Shown here: in pieces, positions 1-12,384 of the stretch
Numbering within the stretch: the first letter of the stretch is position 1
Layout of the letters: the number at the start of each line of letters is the position of its first letter
NCBI GenBank assembly: GCA_907165135.1
Contig: OU015567.1
Location: forward strand, 10,974,001-11,038,000
From: Oikopleura dioica
Lineage: Eukaryota > Animalia > Chordata
Length of the DNA stretch: 64,000 bases
Direction: 5' to 3'
The notes under the pieces: generated by a model
The model's input: the letters and a program-made list of their open reading frames with translations, nothing else
Database searches by the model: none
Told to the model about the DNA's origin: nothing
Program-made: the position numbers and the translations under genes

Positions 1-205
1 TGATTTCGAGTTTCAACACATAATAATTCTTGCAAAGATTAGCCTTGAACTAGCTTGCTAGTATTCTTCTTGTTTCGCAACAATAACACAGTAATCAAGT
101 CTTTTTACATATATTTTATTTTTATATTGGTTGAACTTTCCAGACAAATTATTTACAAACCTTCAATATAGAAGGAGGCCATGATATAGCATCACGAAAA
201 AATAA

Positions 206-2446
206 TTATTCTATTCCAAAGGCAGAAAAGATCTGACTCTTCATGTTTTTTATTTCGATCGTCAGGGCGTTGATGATGCCCAGAAGTCTGTCCTCCAACT
301 GATTCTCTGATGATTTGTTGTCAGCTTCCATTTTTTTCAGTCGATTTTCTATTTCAGGTGAAGCTGAAGTTTCTTTTTTGAAGAGAGATTGTATCATCAT
401 CATTTCCAGGAAGCGATCCTGTTTTGACTTTGCATGGGGGAATAAAATTGTTTGCAACTTCTTGGTAAATATTTACTATTATTAAAAGTAGGTATTGAGA
501 ATTTAAAACATTATTCTGAAAAGCTGTATGAATAATAATCCCTTTCCTTCTTTTCTGCCGATTTTTCCACATTTGTAATATGGTCTGATAGATCTGAAAT
601 TTCCTCCGTCAGTTTGATGTCGACCAACGATAGATTCTCTAAATTGCCTTCCATATCATCAACTGCCTCTTCAATAGCGACGATTCTTTCATTTTGGACA
701 GTGTTGACGTAAATTGTAGTTGGCAAAACTGTCGTTGATATTTCTTGGTCCACGACAGAGTCGAACGAGACCATTAACTCGCAATTAATGGATGGCTCGA
801 AGTTATTCGAAAGGAAATTCGTAGCGTCGTTTTGCTCTGCATCTGTTGCTAGAGCTGTTTGTAACTCGGCCATGATTGATGCCTCAAGAGTCTGCAAATC
901 TAAGAAGAACAATTTAAATATATCATTGTGTAGTAATTACCTGATGGAGAATTTATATTTGTATTATTTTCCGTCTTTTTATAATCCAAAATGATGTTAA
1001 CGATCGTTGAAGCAGTTGCAGAACGTCGACGACGGCTGACCCGGTTCTTTGAATATCTAATTCTTACATCGAGATCGAGATTGTTGTCCGTTGCGATGGC
1101 ATCCCAACTCGAGGAGAATATGTTGTTAATAACGGATGTGAGCAAAGCGTATGAACTCGAAGTTTTGTCTAGAAGCTCTGAGGACCAAGTCCAGTCATTT
1201 TCGAACTCAACAATCACTGAAAGATCGAAGTTGACTCCTTCTGCCAAAAGCATTGTGACCAAGGTTTTCTTGGAATCCGGGTAGACGACAACTCCGGATA
1301 TGGCAAGTGACTAAAATTTGCTAAAATCAGAGATGACGAAACCTCTAAACACGAACCTCTAAGATTTCGCCAATTTCTTTTTCCACTTCTTGTTCAATTT
1401 CTACTCCCACTGTATAAAAATTGCCTTCTTGTGATGCACTGTCGATTGTAATGTACAAAATATCATAAATATCGCTAAACTCCACACACAGCGAGTGACC
1501 ATCTATCAAATCCGGTTCAAAGGCATCGATGATATCATTAATTTTGCCAGTTGAGCTGATAAAAATTTTCGTTTCGTAAATAACTCGATACGTATCATTC
1601 TGAAGGGTCGCGTTGCATGCTTGAGGCGTGAAGTATTTTCCTTCGAACTGGGAAATATCCGATTCTTCCTCAGCTTGAGGGACTTCTTTGACGACTTCTT
1701 CAACGTCAACAGTGGTCATATTGATTCTTGACACTGCCGCTAAAATATCAAGAGGATCAACACCAGTTTCATTCTTCGTATCTTTGGAGATTTTTCCGTG
1801 GCTTCAATGAGAATCGAAAGAATTTCATCTTCCGCTGTGGTTGTATTCATGGATGAGTCGGAGTCCTCATGAGCATCGTTACTGTCAGTAGTATCACTTT
1901 CTGTGTCGTTGTCACTGTTTTCTTCGTCAGTATCTACAACCATCGTTATCGTCAGCTCTATATCAACGTCGAATCTGACGATGGGAGAGGGATTCAGTGA
2001 TTTTCGTTTTCGCAATGATGCTTCTGAGCAAGTAACATTTGCGTTTGCATTCGGCGAGCTCGAGTTAATAGCGCTGAGCACTTTGGCCTCGCATTCAGCA
2101 GTTGTTGTGTTCGAAGGAAAAGAAGCCTTTATGTTCGCAATAGCATTTTTCCTAACAACAGGAACTTCACAAATGCCTTCAACTTTCCAAACACATCCTC
2201 CCGGCTTGGCGACGAGAATAACGCCAAAGAGCATATCCATGCAATCACATGTCATTGTCACTCTCTCGAGGCATTGGGCCGAGCAGCTTTTCCGTGTTGA
2301 AATGATCTTCCTTGACAAGTATTACTCCTTGCGTCCGAGTAGATAATGTTGTTCTCGCAGAAGGGGTCCAGGGTTGTCCACTGAGTGCTGATGCTTGATG
2401 CTTGCATGGAAGAAAACACCCCTTTGATGAAAAACAACCAAATCAT
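206..2446 (-). CDS. Secreted Cys-rich/SEA-like/coiled-coil protein, copy A of a tandem pair (oikosin/mucin-like); carries two 1-nt frameshifts
   Basis: Track ORFs 2258-2473, 1740-2318, 1345-1734, 900-1262, 511-912 and 206-457 join into exons 2446-1357, 1310-941, 899-541 and 427-206. Introns are 46 nt GT-AG, 41 nt GT-AG and 113 nt GA-AG. Colinear with copy B along its whole length. Single-base deletions in homopolymers at 2288-2291 and 1791-1795 break the frame. Confidence 0.75.
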
Positions 2447-2496
2447 TTTCTTCTCAGTCTCTTGTTCTTTCAAAATTTTTATTTTAATCTTCTCGT

Positions 2497-2722
2497 AACT
2501 GGTTGCCTGATTCGAATAAAGTTGCAGACTTGACTTGAAGTATTTACGAGAGCTCAGTGGAAGATGGCGCTCTTAAATTGTCAAATAGAGCAGTTCGTAA
2601 ACCCTGAATTCGATGATTTCGATTGAAAATAAGGTAAACCATGTTGACCGGTCAGGTTTAGCCTAGAAAATAAAACAGGCGCTTACCCGGCTTAGCCTCA
2701 TCAGATACCTAATTTCAAGGTT
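2497..2722 (-). promoter_or_regulatory. Upstream region of copy A with short blocks conserved with copy B
   Basis: Plus-strand blocks TAACTGGTTG, GAAGTATTTA, GGAAG(A/G)TGGCGC, TTGACCGGTC, TTAGCCTAGAAAA and ATTTCAAGGTTG recur in the same order at 5654-5900, while the spacers between them have diverged. Confidence 0.55.
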
Positions 2723-3363
2723 GTTTACGCGCAAGCGCACCCGAGCCTCGGTTCCCGAGGAGGAGCAGAGCACTTTCGCTGAGTATTCGTTCGAAACGTA
2801 CAGTGGCTTCCTTCACTCCCGCCCCCTTTTAGTCATTAAACAGGTCATTAAACATACTGATTTGAGTGCCCTTGTTGTGAATATACTGATTTTTCTTGTG
2901 CCAATAATTGTAAAGGTCTCAACAATATAAGAACTATAACTTATAGTCTATAAGTTTTTAAAAAACGATTCTATTAGCAATTAGCTGGGGCTTTTATTTT
3001 TTAAAAAATTTTTCGAAATACTTTTCTTGTAGTTGAATACAGCATTACTTGAAGCCTTTAGTTTTAAAAATGGTAATAGAAAATATCAGTATGTTGAGTC
3101 AACATTGTTGACAATAAGTTGCCTAAATCGTCGAACCATAAATTTGTTCGTTGCAATAGCGTCAAATATGCTGCATTATAACTTGTTATTAATAACTTTT
3201 TTCATCATCGAAGTATTTGACAAGCAATTTTTATTCGTATTTGTTAAAAAGAATGATGCATTCAATAATATTGAGCAACAAAATGATTGAACTCAGCTGA
3301 CACATTATATACAAAAAATACAGAAACAGGATAAGAACTTACAGTAAGATCACAAAGTAATAA

Positions 3364-5600
3364 TTATTCAATGCCAAAAGCAGAAAAGATGTCACTCTTC
3401 ATGTCTCGTATCTCGATAGCCAAACCGTTGATGATATCCAGAAGTCTGCTCTCCAACTGATTCTGTGATGATTTGCTGTCAGCTTCCATTTTTCGTAGTC
3501 GATTATCCATATCCGCTGAAGTTGAAGGAGTCTTTTTGAAGAGCGATTGAAGAATCATCATTTCCATGAAACGGTCTTCCTTTGACTTTTTAGGGGTTAT
3601 AATTTGTTCGTTATTTATAGTATAAATTTTATACATTTATTTTGTAAATATGATTTGATAATATACCCTTTCCTTTTTACTAACCGAGTTTTCAACGTTC
3701 GAAATTTCGCCTGATAGATCTGAGATGTCGCCCGCCAGTTCAATGTCCATCAACGAAAGATTCTTTAAACTTTCTTCCATGTCTTCAACTGCTTCTTCGA
3801 GGTCACTTATTCTTTCACTATCCATTGTATTGACTTGTACTGTTGTTGGTGGTGCTATGGTCGTCGATTCTTCTTGGTCCTCTTCAGAGTCGAATGTGAC
3901 TGTTACCTCGCAATTCATAGACGGCTGGAAATTACTGGAAAGGAAGTTCGTGGCGTCATTTTGCTCGGAATCTGTTTCCAGAGCTTCTGTTAAGTCGGCC
4001 ATAATAGATACCTCGAGCGACTGCAAATCTAAGAAAAATGTCATTCATGTCATGTCTTATATCAGATAAAAGACATCTCTGTTAAGAATTACCTAATGGT
4101 GAATTAATGTCTGTATTATTTGCTGAAGTTGTATAATCCAAGGTAATGGTCACGGTTGTAGAAGCAGTTGCGGATCGTCGACGACGGTTGACCTGGTTCT
4201 TTGAATACTTGATTTGTACATCGAGGTCGAGGTTGTTCTCCGTAGCGATGGTATCCCAACTCAGTGAGAATATGTTATAAATAACGGACGTAAGCAAGGC
4301 GTAAGAACTCGATGTTTTATCAAGTAGCTCTGAAGACCAAGTCCAGTCATTTTCGAATTCTATATTGACTGAAACATCGAAGGTTATTCCTTCGGCGAAG
4401 AGCATCAGGACCAAAGTTTTGTTGAAATCAGGATATACAACAGTTCCGGAAAGGGCTAGTGACTAAAATTGGATTAACCTAAAGAGGAAAAAGTTGAACT
4501 TTTACCTCTACGATTTGGTCAATTTCTTGCTCCACTTTTTGTTCGATTTCTACTCCCTCGATATAAAAATTCCCTTCTTGTGGTGCACTGTCGACTGTAA
4601 TGTACAATACATCATAAATGTCGTTAAATTCCACACATAGCGAGTGATCGTCTATCAAATCAGTTTCAAATGCATCGATGATATCGTCGACAATGCCAGT
4701 TGAGCTGAGGAAAATCTTCTTTTCGTAAATAACTCGGTACGTATCGTCTTGAAGCGTTGTGTTGCAGGTTTGAGGCGTGAAGATTGTGTCTTTGAATTGA
4801 GAAATATTGGATTCTTCCTCAGCTGGGGTGGCTTCTTCTACGACTTCTTCAATTTCTATCCTGGTAATATTGATCTTAGTTGGGGCATCTAAAATGTCAT
4901 TTGGATCGACGCCGGTTTCATTTTTCGTACTTTCGGAAATCGTTTCTGATGCTTCAATAAGAATCGATAGAATTTCTTGTTCCGAGGTGTTTGTATTTGT
5001 TGTATTTGAGCTGAAATTTTCCTGTGAATCGCTATCGTCCGTAGTTGTACTGGAGATATCCGTGTCTGTGTTGTTTTCTGAAATATCGACCACTTGTGTT
5101 ACTGACAATTCGATATCAATAAAAAATGTGACGGTTGGAGAAGAGTTTAGCGATCTCCGTTTTCTCAGCTGAGCTTGCGTGCATGTCACATTCGCACTTG
5201 CTTTCGACGAGCTCGACTCGATAGCATTCAGCATTTTGTTCTCGCATTCAGCAGCTGTCGTATTTGATGGGAAAAGAGCCTCTACAATTGCACTTGCCGT
5301 CTTCTTTACCACAGGGACTTCGCAAATTCCCTCTATTTCCCAAACACATCCTCCAGGCTTTGCAATAAGAATTGTGTTGAAAAGTATATCCATGCAGTCA
5401 CATGTCATTGTTACTCTCTCGAGGCACTGTGCTGAACAGCTTTTTCCGTGTTGAAATGATCTTCCCTCGCAGGTATTACTTCTCGCGTCCGGGTAGATGA
5501 TGTTGCTCTCGCAGAAGGGGTCCAGCGTTGTGAATTGAGTGATGATGCTTGCTGTTTGCATAGAGGAAAGCACTCTTTGGATGAAAAATAGTAGGATCAT
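3364..5600 (-). CDS. Secreted Cys-rich/SEA-like/coiled-coil protein, intact copy B (~682 aa; oikosin/mucin-like)
   Basis: ATG at 5600 in AAAATG context. Exons 5600-4506, 4462-4093, 4028-3667 and 3585-3364 with GT-AG introns of 43, 64 and 81 nt join in frame. Hydrophobic N-terminus MILLFFIQRVLS, 8-Cys module, RKRR and RRRR furin-type sites, S/T/D-rich linkers, SEA-like segment (FENDWTWSSELLDKTSSSYALL), heptad-rich C-terminus. The family assignment is inference. Confidence 0.85.
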
Positions 5601-5653
5601 TTTCAAACAAAAGCTCTCTTCTTTTCAAAAAAGTAGATTTTTCTCGTTTTTAC

Positions 5654-5900
5654 TAACTGGTTGATTGATTCAGATAAATTTCAAAGCGTAATCTGGAAGT
5701 ATTTATAGGGCTCAATGGAAGGTGGCGCGCGTAATCGTAAAGGAGATGTGTGAGAACACCCTAAATTTGAAGATTTAGCGCGACGATAAGCAGGTGGATG
5801 TCCTTCTCGAACTTGACCGGTCTTAGCCTAGAAAACAATAATTTTTCTATTAAATGCTTCATCCGGTTTAACTCTATCAGTCATGCGATTTCAAGGTTGA
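5654..5900 (-). promoter_or_regulatory. Promoter of copy B with TATA box (TATAAATA at 5707-5700)
   Basis: TATA box about 100 nt upstream of the ATG; motif blocks shared with the copy A upstream region. Confidence 0.6.
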
Positions 5901-7090
5901 GAATGAGTTTGAAACTTTTTCAACTTTTCGGAACAGTGATTGCAAGTAAATCTCTAAGGTCTTCTGTTTGAATCCTGTTTGATATCCTGAGTGAAGCTAC
6001 TTATACATAAAGCTTTGGAAATGCGGTGCTACTCGTGTGGAAAGAAATCATATATGAACAACTGATAACTTTACTGAATGTACGAGTATATCCCAGAATA
6101 TATAGTCCTCTTGAATTGGCATCATGCCAGCCGTCGTATTTAATTTTAAAATAATATAGAGCCAGAACTAGAGTTGTACAAAACAAGGAAGATTTTCAAA
6201 CCTTTCAGACAACAGAAATGTGAGCTCTTCAGTTCATGTGAGGTCATGAATTATATTTTCAAGGTCATTTCAAATATTGAACCCTAAAAACCTGATTTCA
6301 CGAGAAGATAAAAGATTCTGTTCCCATTGCATGGGCTAAACACCTGTTCGCGTGCTTTATCTACCGCTTTACTACATAAAACAGGTCCTTGCAGACGGTT
6401 CTTTCACCGATCAAAAAGCATGATTTGAACCCTCAAGAATTATTTACAACATTATAACTTGCACACATCGTAAACTCACAGCTTAATATGGCTTCAAAGA
6501 AAATATCTGTGAAATGACAAAATCTTCCAGCCCAAAATTAATTTTCCATCAACAGAATTCCTCCTTCGCCGGAGGAAGCCGTGGGAAAATCACACAAGTG
6601 CTCGTTAAAATTACGTGATTACTAATCACTGATTAGTAAAAGACTAAAAGAGAAGAAAACTCCTGTTGAATATAAAAATTGGATAATTTCTGCGGCTTGA
6701 ATTTGATATTTCGGGTTTTGTCGAAGCAACAACCTCCGGCCAAGTCCCCGAGAAAAATAAATCCGCCGTGAAGGCTCACTCTGACAAGGCTCTGACGGGT
6801 CCTATTCTATTTAATACATAGAGAATACGAATGATAAGCGAAGAACTATCACAACTAGAGAAAAGCTATCCTAGAAACACAGAAATCGGAAAAAGAAAGC
6901 CAAAATCGCCAAACAAAAGAGTCTCTGAAAGAATGTGTACTTGACTGCTTTCAATATTCCGGCTCATTTAGTTTTTTAGCTAAACTCGATGATTTTAGAA
7001 TGAGAAATTGAGAAACACCTCTACTTCTTCTCGCACACTCACACAGGACAGATCAACCCACACAAAACACAACACAAATAGAAACAAACA

Positions 7091-10000
7091 ATGAAAGGTT
7101 TGAGTTAGTGAGTGTCATCGCATATTTACCATTTTTTAGTCGTCCACATTCAGAAGAAGCACCTGAAAAGGATAATCGTCGCGATTTTCATCTTCAGCTG
7201 TCTCGTTTCTTTCTACTTTCACTCAGACAGTAAACCGACTTCATCAAAACTCCACAAAAAGTCCGAGAAGAAACACAAAAAGCACCACTCTAGCTTCAAC
7301 CCCGAACTCAAAGATGATCCAGTGGAAGACTCCCTAGACGCTCCATCCTTCGATTCAAAGAACGAAATTCCCGATTTTCAATCTTTTAACGAGGATGAAG
7401 AAAAATCTGACGAAGAGATTCAGCTGGAGAAAGAATCCTACGGAGACGGATTCAAAAAGTGGCGCCTTGAAGAACTTGATCCGACTGATTACGAGGGCTG
7501 GCCAAAGTTGACGAATCGAGCTGGGAACTACGAGCAACGGCCGGAGATTCCAGAGGTTGGATCTGAAGGACATGATGGCACCAACACCGGGGAAGGAGGA
7601 CTTTCTCCGATTAGACTGACTTCTGATGACCAGAGAAAGGTACAAGCGGCTCTCGGCCTTTGGGGATTCAACATGGTAGCTTCGGATAAAGTCAATATGG
7701 ACCGAATTCCCGCTGACTTGCGCATGGAAGAGTGCAAGCGATGGGACTACCCAGACAAACTTCCTGCTGTTTCCGTTATCCTCGTCTTTCACAACGAAGG
7801 CTTCTCCACTCTTTTGAGAACAGTCCACTCTGTGGTCAACTATTCGCCTCCAGAGATGCTCCACGAAGTTGTGATGCTTGACGACGGCTCAACGCGAGAA
7901 TACATCACTAACGGAACGATTGACCGGTACATTGAACGATGGGACGGCCTTGTGAAGATTTTCCACAACGAAAAGCGAGAAGGGCTCATTCGCGCGAGAA
8001 CAATCGGAGGAAAGCACTCGACTGGTTCTGTTCTCGTCTATTTGGATGCTCACTGCGAAGTTGAACCCAACTGGCTCCCTCCTCTTGTTACACCTATTGC
8101 CAAAAACTATAAGGTAAACTCACTCTCTTAGAATATCAGACTCGATCTTCCAGGTATCTACTGTCCCGATGATCGACTCTATCGATGGAAACACTTACGT
8201 CTTCGAGCCCCAGCAAGGAGGAGACGAAAATAACCTGGCCAGGGGCGCGTGGGACTGGAATTTCGACTGGAAGCGAATTCCGTTGAACAAGCGTGAGAAA
8301 GCCCGCCGTCAGACTATCTCTGAGCCTTTCAGAAGTCCCGGTACTTGAATTTCTATGACTTATTCTTTGATTTTATTTGAAGCAATGGCTGGAGGTTTGT
8401 TTGCTATCTCTCGGAGATGGTTTATTGAACTCGGCTGGTACGATGACAAGCTTGAAATCTGGGGCGGAGAGAACTTCGAGTTGAGCTATAAGTTGTGGCA
8501 GTGTGGAGGAGAGTTGCTTTTCGTCCCGTGCTCTCGCGTTGGCCATACTTACAGAATGCCTGGTTGGGGCGGAAACGGAACACCAGATGAGCTCAGAGGT
8601 AGTCAGTGTTTAAAATGGGCTGTTTGTGTCTTCTTTAGGGAAAAACTTCATCGCCATCAACTACAACCGAGTAATCGAAACCTGGTGGGATGAAAACTAC
8701 AAGAAATATTACTACCAGCGCCGCCCAGAAAACAAAAATGTCGATGTCGGCGATCTCACAGATGTTCTTGCAATCAAGGTTTTAACTTACTTGGGTAGAA
8801 AGTGCGAATCATTATTTAGGAAAAACTTCAATGCAAGGATTTCTCTTGGTACATGCGCGAAATCGCGTATGACATTCCAAAGTACTGGCCGATGGTGCAG
8901 CCTAAGAATCAAGCGTGGGGCGTCTTGAAAAACGAAGGGACCGGCCTTTGCCCGAATTCTCGCAACTCGAAACAGGTAGATTACCCGGACTATCTCTACG
9001 ACACGGAAAAATCAGAAGAAGAACTGGCGTTTTTGGAAAATTTATACCAAGAGCAGATTTTTGATGCGTTGAGGGTACTTGGTTGGGGGATGTTTTCTTG
9101 GCGCAGTTTGGAATATCCAAACTGTTTCTTTCTAAATTTGAGTCGATCCAAATTTATTTGAAAATTTAGGCCGTTCAGCGAAATGCTCAGAATGTGAGTT
9201 TTATAGGAGTTTGATTGGACTTAGTTTTACCTTTTTTAAATTTGATAAATGATCTCACTTCGTGAACTTTTAAACAATTTTAGGGAGAAGCAATCCAAGC
9301 TGATGCTGGCTGCAATGTTCGTCTTTCTCTCACTTGGCGAGAGGATATTCGAATAGGTTCTTGAAAAATGCTCAACCGTTCTTCAAAATTCTTGTTTTTC
9401 AGGCGATGGACCTGTTAAAAACAATGCAATGTGCTGGGACGATTCTATGGGTGCTAACAAGCGAATATCCTACTGGAGCTGTCATAATGGCCACGGAAAC
9501 CAGCTCTACAAGTATCTCCCAGATACCAAGGTACCAAAGGCCTCGAAAAACTGATTCTTTGAGCCAGAGTTTGAAATTTTCGTGACTCGCGAGCGGCTCA
9601 CTTGAGAGCGAGCGAGCACGAGCATGATGCTCTTTGTGCTCCCGAGCACATTTATTTCAGAGTTCGCGCTCTTTGCGCTCGCGAGCGCATTTCATTTCGC
9701 GCTCTCGCTCTCTTGGCTCTCGAGCACTGGCCGAATTGTGCTCTCGCTCGATCGGCTCTCGAGCTGAAAAAACTGACTCGCGAGCAGCTTTCAAGTGCCT
9801 CAAATGATTCGGCGGCCCCGTGACTAATTCCATCTGAGTCCCTGTCACAGGAGTTAGCACCTCGCGGTGGGCATGTTTTATCTGTTTACTCTCGGCTTTT
9901 CGCATTCTGCTGCCGAGATTACGGACCTAATGAATCCTCAAAGAAATTTATTTATGAAATTGAATAATTATGCGAGAAAATTATTCTTTTAATTTTGCTC

Positions 10001-10461
10001 GCGAGCCGCTCGTGAGTCAATTCCATGGCGAGCACGAGAGCAGCCGCTCCCGCTCGTCTAGCTCCCGAGCATTGCCGACATATGCGCTCGTGCTCTCTGC
10101 GCTCGCGAGCGGGTTCAAATTTGGGCTCGTGCTCTTATGGCTCTCGAGCCAACTCATTTTCATGCTCCCGCTCCCCTGCTCTCAGAGCAATGATAAATTT
10201 TCGCTCTCGCTCTTTTCGCTCGCGAGCATTTGCGAGCATTTCAAACTCTGCTTTGAGCAATTATTCTAGCAAATCTACCATCCTTCCCATCGGCTCTGCG
10301 TTCAAATGGTAGAAGACTACCTGATTTTCGCCGCTTGTGATGGCAAAGAACCTAACCAGAAATGGACTTGGAGCGAAGTCGACGAAGAAGTACTCGGCCG
10401 CGCTATGAAGTCACGAAATCAACCCGGTGACGATCCACCAGAGCTCGATTACATTCAATAA
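7091..10461 (+). CDS. GALNT7: Polypeptide N-acetylgalactosaminyltransferase, GALNT7-like
   Basis: ATG 7091. GT-AG introns at 7098-7139, 8114-8153, 8341-8382, 8599-8638, 8779-8819 and 9531-10269. Type II TM segment, DxH motif (YLDAHCE), [37 protein letters not shown], ricin-type lectin (WREDIRIG...CWD...CHNGHGNQ...[10 protein letters not shown]...NQKW). Stop at 10459-10461. Exon structure at 8975-9285 is unresolved. Confidence 0.92.
9565..10250. mobile_element. hAT-type MITE (686 bp) in the last GALNT7 intron
   Basis: 13-bp TIR CAGAGTTTGAAAT / ATTTCAAACTCTG; exact 8-bp TSD CTTTGAGC (9557-9564 and 10251-10258); interior rich in GCTC/GAGC motifs. Removing it leaves a 45-nt intron. Confidence 0.9.
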
Positions 10462-10950
10462 TTCATTCTCTATTTGCTAGAAAGCTGTAGTACAGTTCAT
10501 GACGACCAATCTTCCTAACCTTATCCCGCTAAAACCCACCCCTCTTTTGTTACAACACAATCAAGTGCCTATTTCATTAATATTTTTGTGCAATAAACGC
10601 TCAATTTACCTTTCTGTAATTCAAAAAATAAATGAAGTTATATAAATTAAAATTTCATGAACATTAATTCAATTCGCAGGTGCAAGAGATTCCTCCTTGT
10701 TGATTGCAGAAAGAAGGCTTGAGAATAAAGCCGGTAGGACAGGTCTTTCAACTGGTGTGGTAATAAAGTTGGTTTTCGAGCCAGATTCTAAGGCCTTGGT
10801 TGGTTTGTAATTCCTTTTTTCTTCGAGAAAAAGCAGCTCCGCTCGAAAGTGCTCCTCGTTGACGCTTATTTTTCTGGAAACCGGGTTCGAGCCGAAGCGC
10901 CGCCGCTCCGTTGAAAAGTTTTCAATTTTGCTTTTTCGTGTTCACTTTAA

Positions 10951-11685
10951 GGGACACGGGCGAGCAGCGCGGAGCCGAACTTTACGCGCTCGCCATTATT
11001 CTTGAAAATGAGATTTTTCAAAATTTCTTTTTGCTAATATCATCTATAACTCTTCAGCTTTCTATTCCAGCTCTCAGTTTGTTTCTATCATTACTGACTG
11101 ACGAGCTAGCGAGAAAAAGAGACGCGCAACTTCAAAAGGCATCAAGTCCTTCAATCTTCATTTTATTTTCATGAAATTAGCACCATTGAAAAGCCCATTA
11201 AATTCTGAGCAGATCATACGTAAAGCGCTAAGCTGAAAATGTACTAATTGCGCAGGACGCGCTGATAAACCTAGGAACTTAGCGCGCTCCGCACGGCAGG
11301 GCGCTCCGATTTAACTTTTTGGGCTCCTTGCACATGATTCCCGCTGGGCGCGCGCTAAGTTACCTTGTTTATCTGATCTTTATCGCCAATTAGTGCACTT
11401 TCAGTTTAGCGCTATACGTATGATCTGCTCAGAATTAAATGCGCTTTTCAATGGTGCTAATTTCATGAAAATAAAATGAAGATTGAAGGACTTGATGAGT
11501 TTTGAAGTTGCGCGTCTCTTTTTCTCGCTAGCTCGTCAGTCAGTAATGATAGAAACAAACTGAGAGCCGGAATAGAAAGCTGAAGAGTTGTAGATGATAT
11601 TAGCAAAAGAAATTTCGAAAAATCTCATTTTGAGCGCTCATGACGAGCGCGTGAAGTTCGGCTCCGCGCTGCTCGCCCGTGTCCC
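10951..11685. mobile_element. Foldback MITE (735 bp), TTAA target, GGG...CCC ends (Kolobok-like)
   Basis: About 340-bp near-perfect inverted arms starting GGGACACGGGCGAGCAGC and ending GCTGCTCGCCCGTGTCCC; TTAA on both sides. Confidence 0.9.
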
Positions 11686-11697
11686 TTAAAAGTCGTT

Positions 11698-12334
11698 ATG
11701 GGTCGCAAAAGACGACAGACGCCTTTTCGAAAATCCGTTGGTACTTCGGTCAAAAGCACCAAAGAGCCGGAAAAAACCGACGACACTACTGATAGAGATG
11801 ATATGAAGCGACAAATCTTGCAGATGATGGCAAAATTTCAGAAGTTTTTGGATTCTGAATCTGAGCAGCCTCAGAAGACTGCCGCAAAACAGGATCAACG
11901 CGCCGCATCGAAGTCTGCTTCAGCCTTTTCGCGAAATGAAGGTAATTATTGAAACTTTATCGTTCATTATTTTTTATTATTAATTAAGCAAAAAGGAGCA
12001 GAAAGGGAAGAAGGAGCTGGTCCTTGAAAACATCAACCAAGCAGTTTCAGGCGCGTTTTCTTCTACACTTTTATTTGAAAATGGAGACTTTGTTGTAGCT
12101 AGAATTAAATTCTCATGCCAGAAAGCGATGGAAAGTTACAGGGCCAGCTACGTGAAAATGAGCACCCTGCTTGAAAAAGCCAGTGCAAAAGGAAAAAACA
12201 ACGAAAAAGCGACCCGTGAGTAAACTTCTTGATTGAGAGTCTTTTCTTACTTCTTTTTAGCCCAAGAAATTTTGAGCGAGACTCTTCAAGAATTGGGGAC
12301 GAAGAAACACGACGAGAATGGAATTCTCATCTGA
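11698..12334 (+). CDS. Small putative spliced gene, basic/charged product of unknown function
   Basis: 84-codon first exon ending at a GTAATT donor; later GTGAGT...TTTAG intron and a stop at 12334. Phases of the internal exons could not be reconciled unambiguously. Confidence 0.35.
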
Positions 12335-12384
12335 ATACTTGAAGTCGTCCTGCTCTGGTAGTAGGGGGTTATCATTCGAGCTGC

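Noticed and set aside
788-5454. Plus-strand Ser-rich ORFs over the tandem genes (e.g. 991-1284, 1903-2346, 4807-5172), and similar antisense ORFs over GALNT7, GAL3ST and the Thr tract
   Set aside because: Antisense shadows of real coding exons.
206-5606. Reading the adjacent minus-strand ORFs as a prokaryotic operon of small genes
   Set aside because: They join in frame across GT/GA-AG introns at identical positions in both copies, so each set is one eukaryotic gene.
10884-10893. GGTTCGAGCC B-box/T-arm-like motif (also GGTTCGAAGCC at 48379-48389)
   Set aside because: No A-box spacing, acceptor stem or cloverleaf; I found no tRNA genes in the window.
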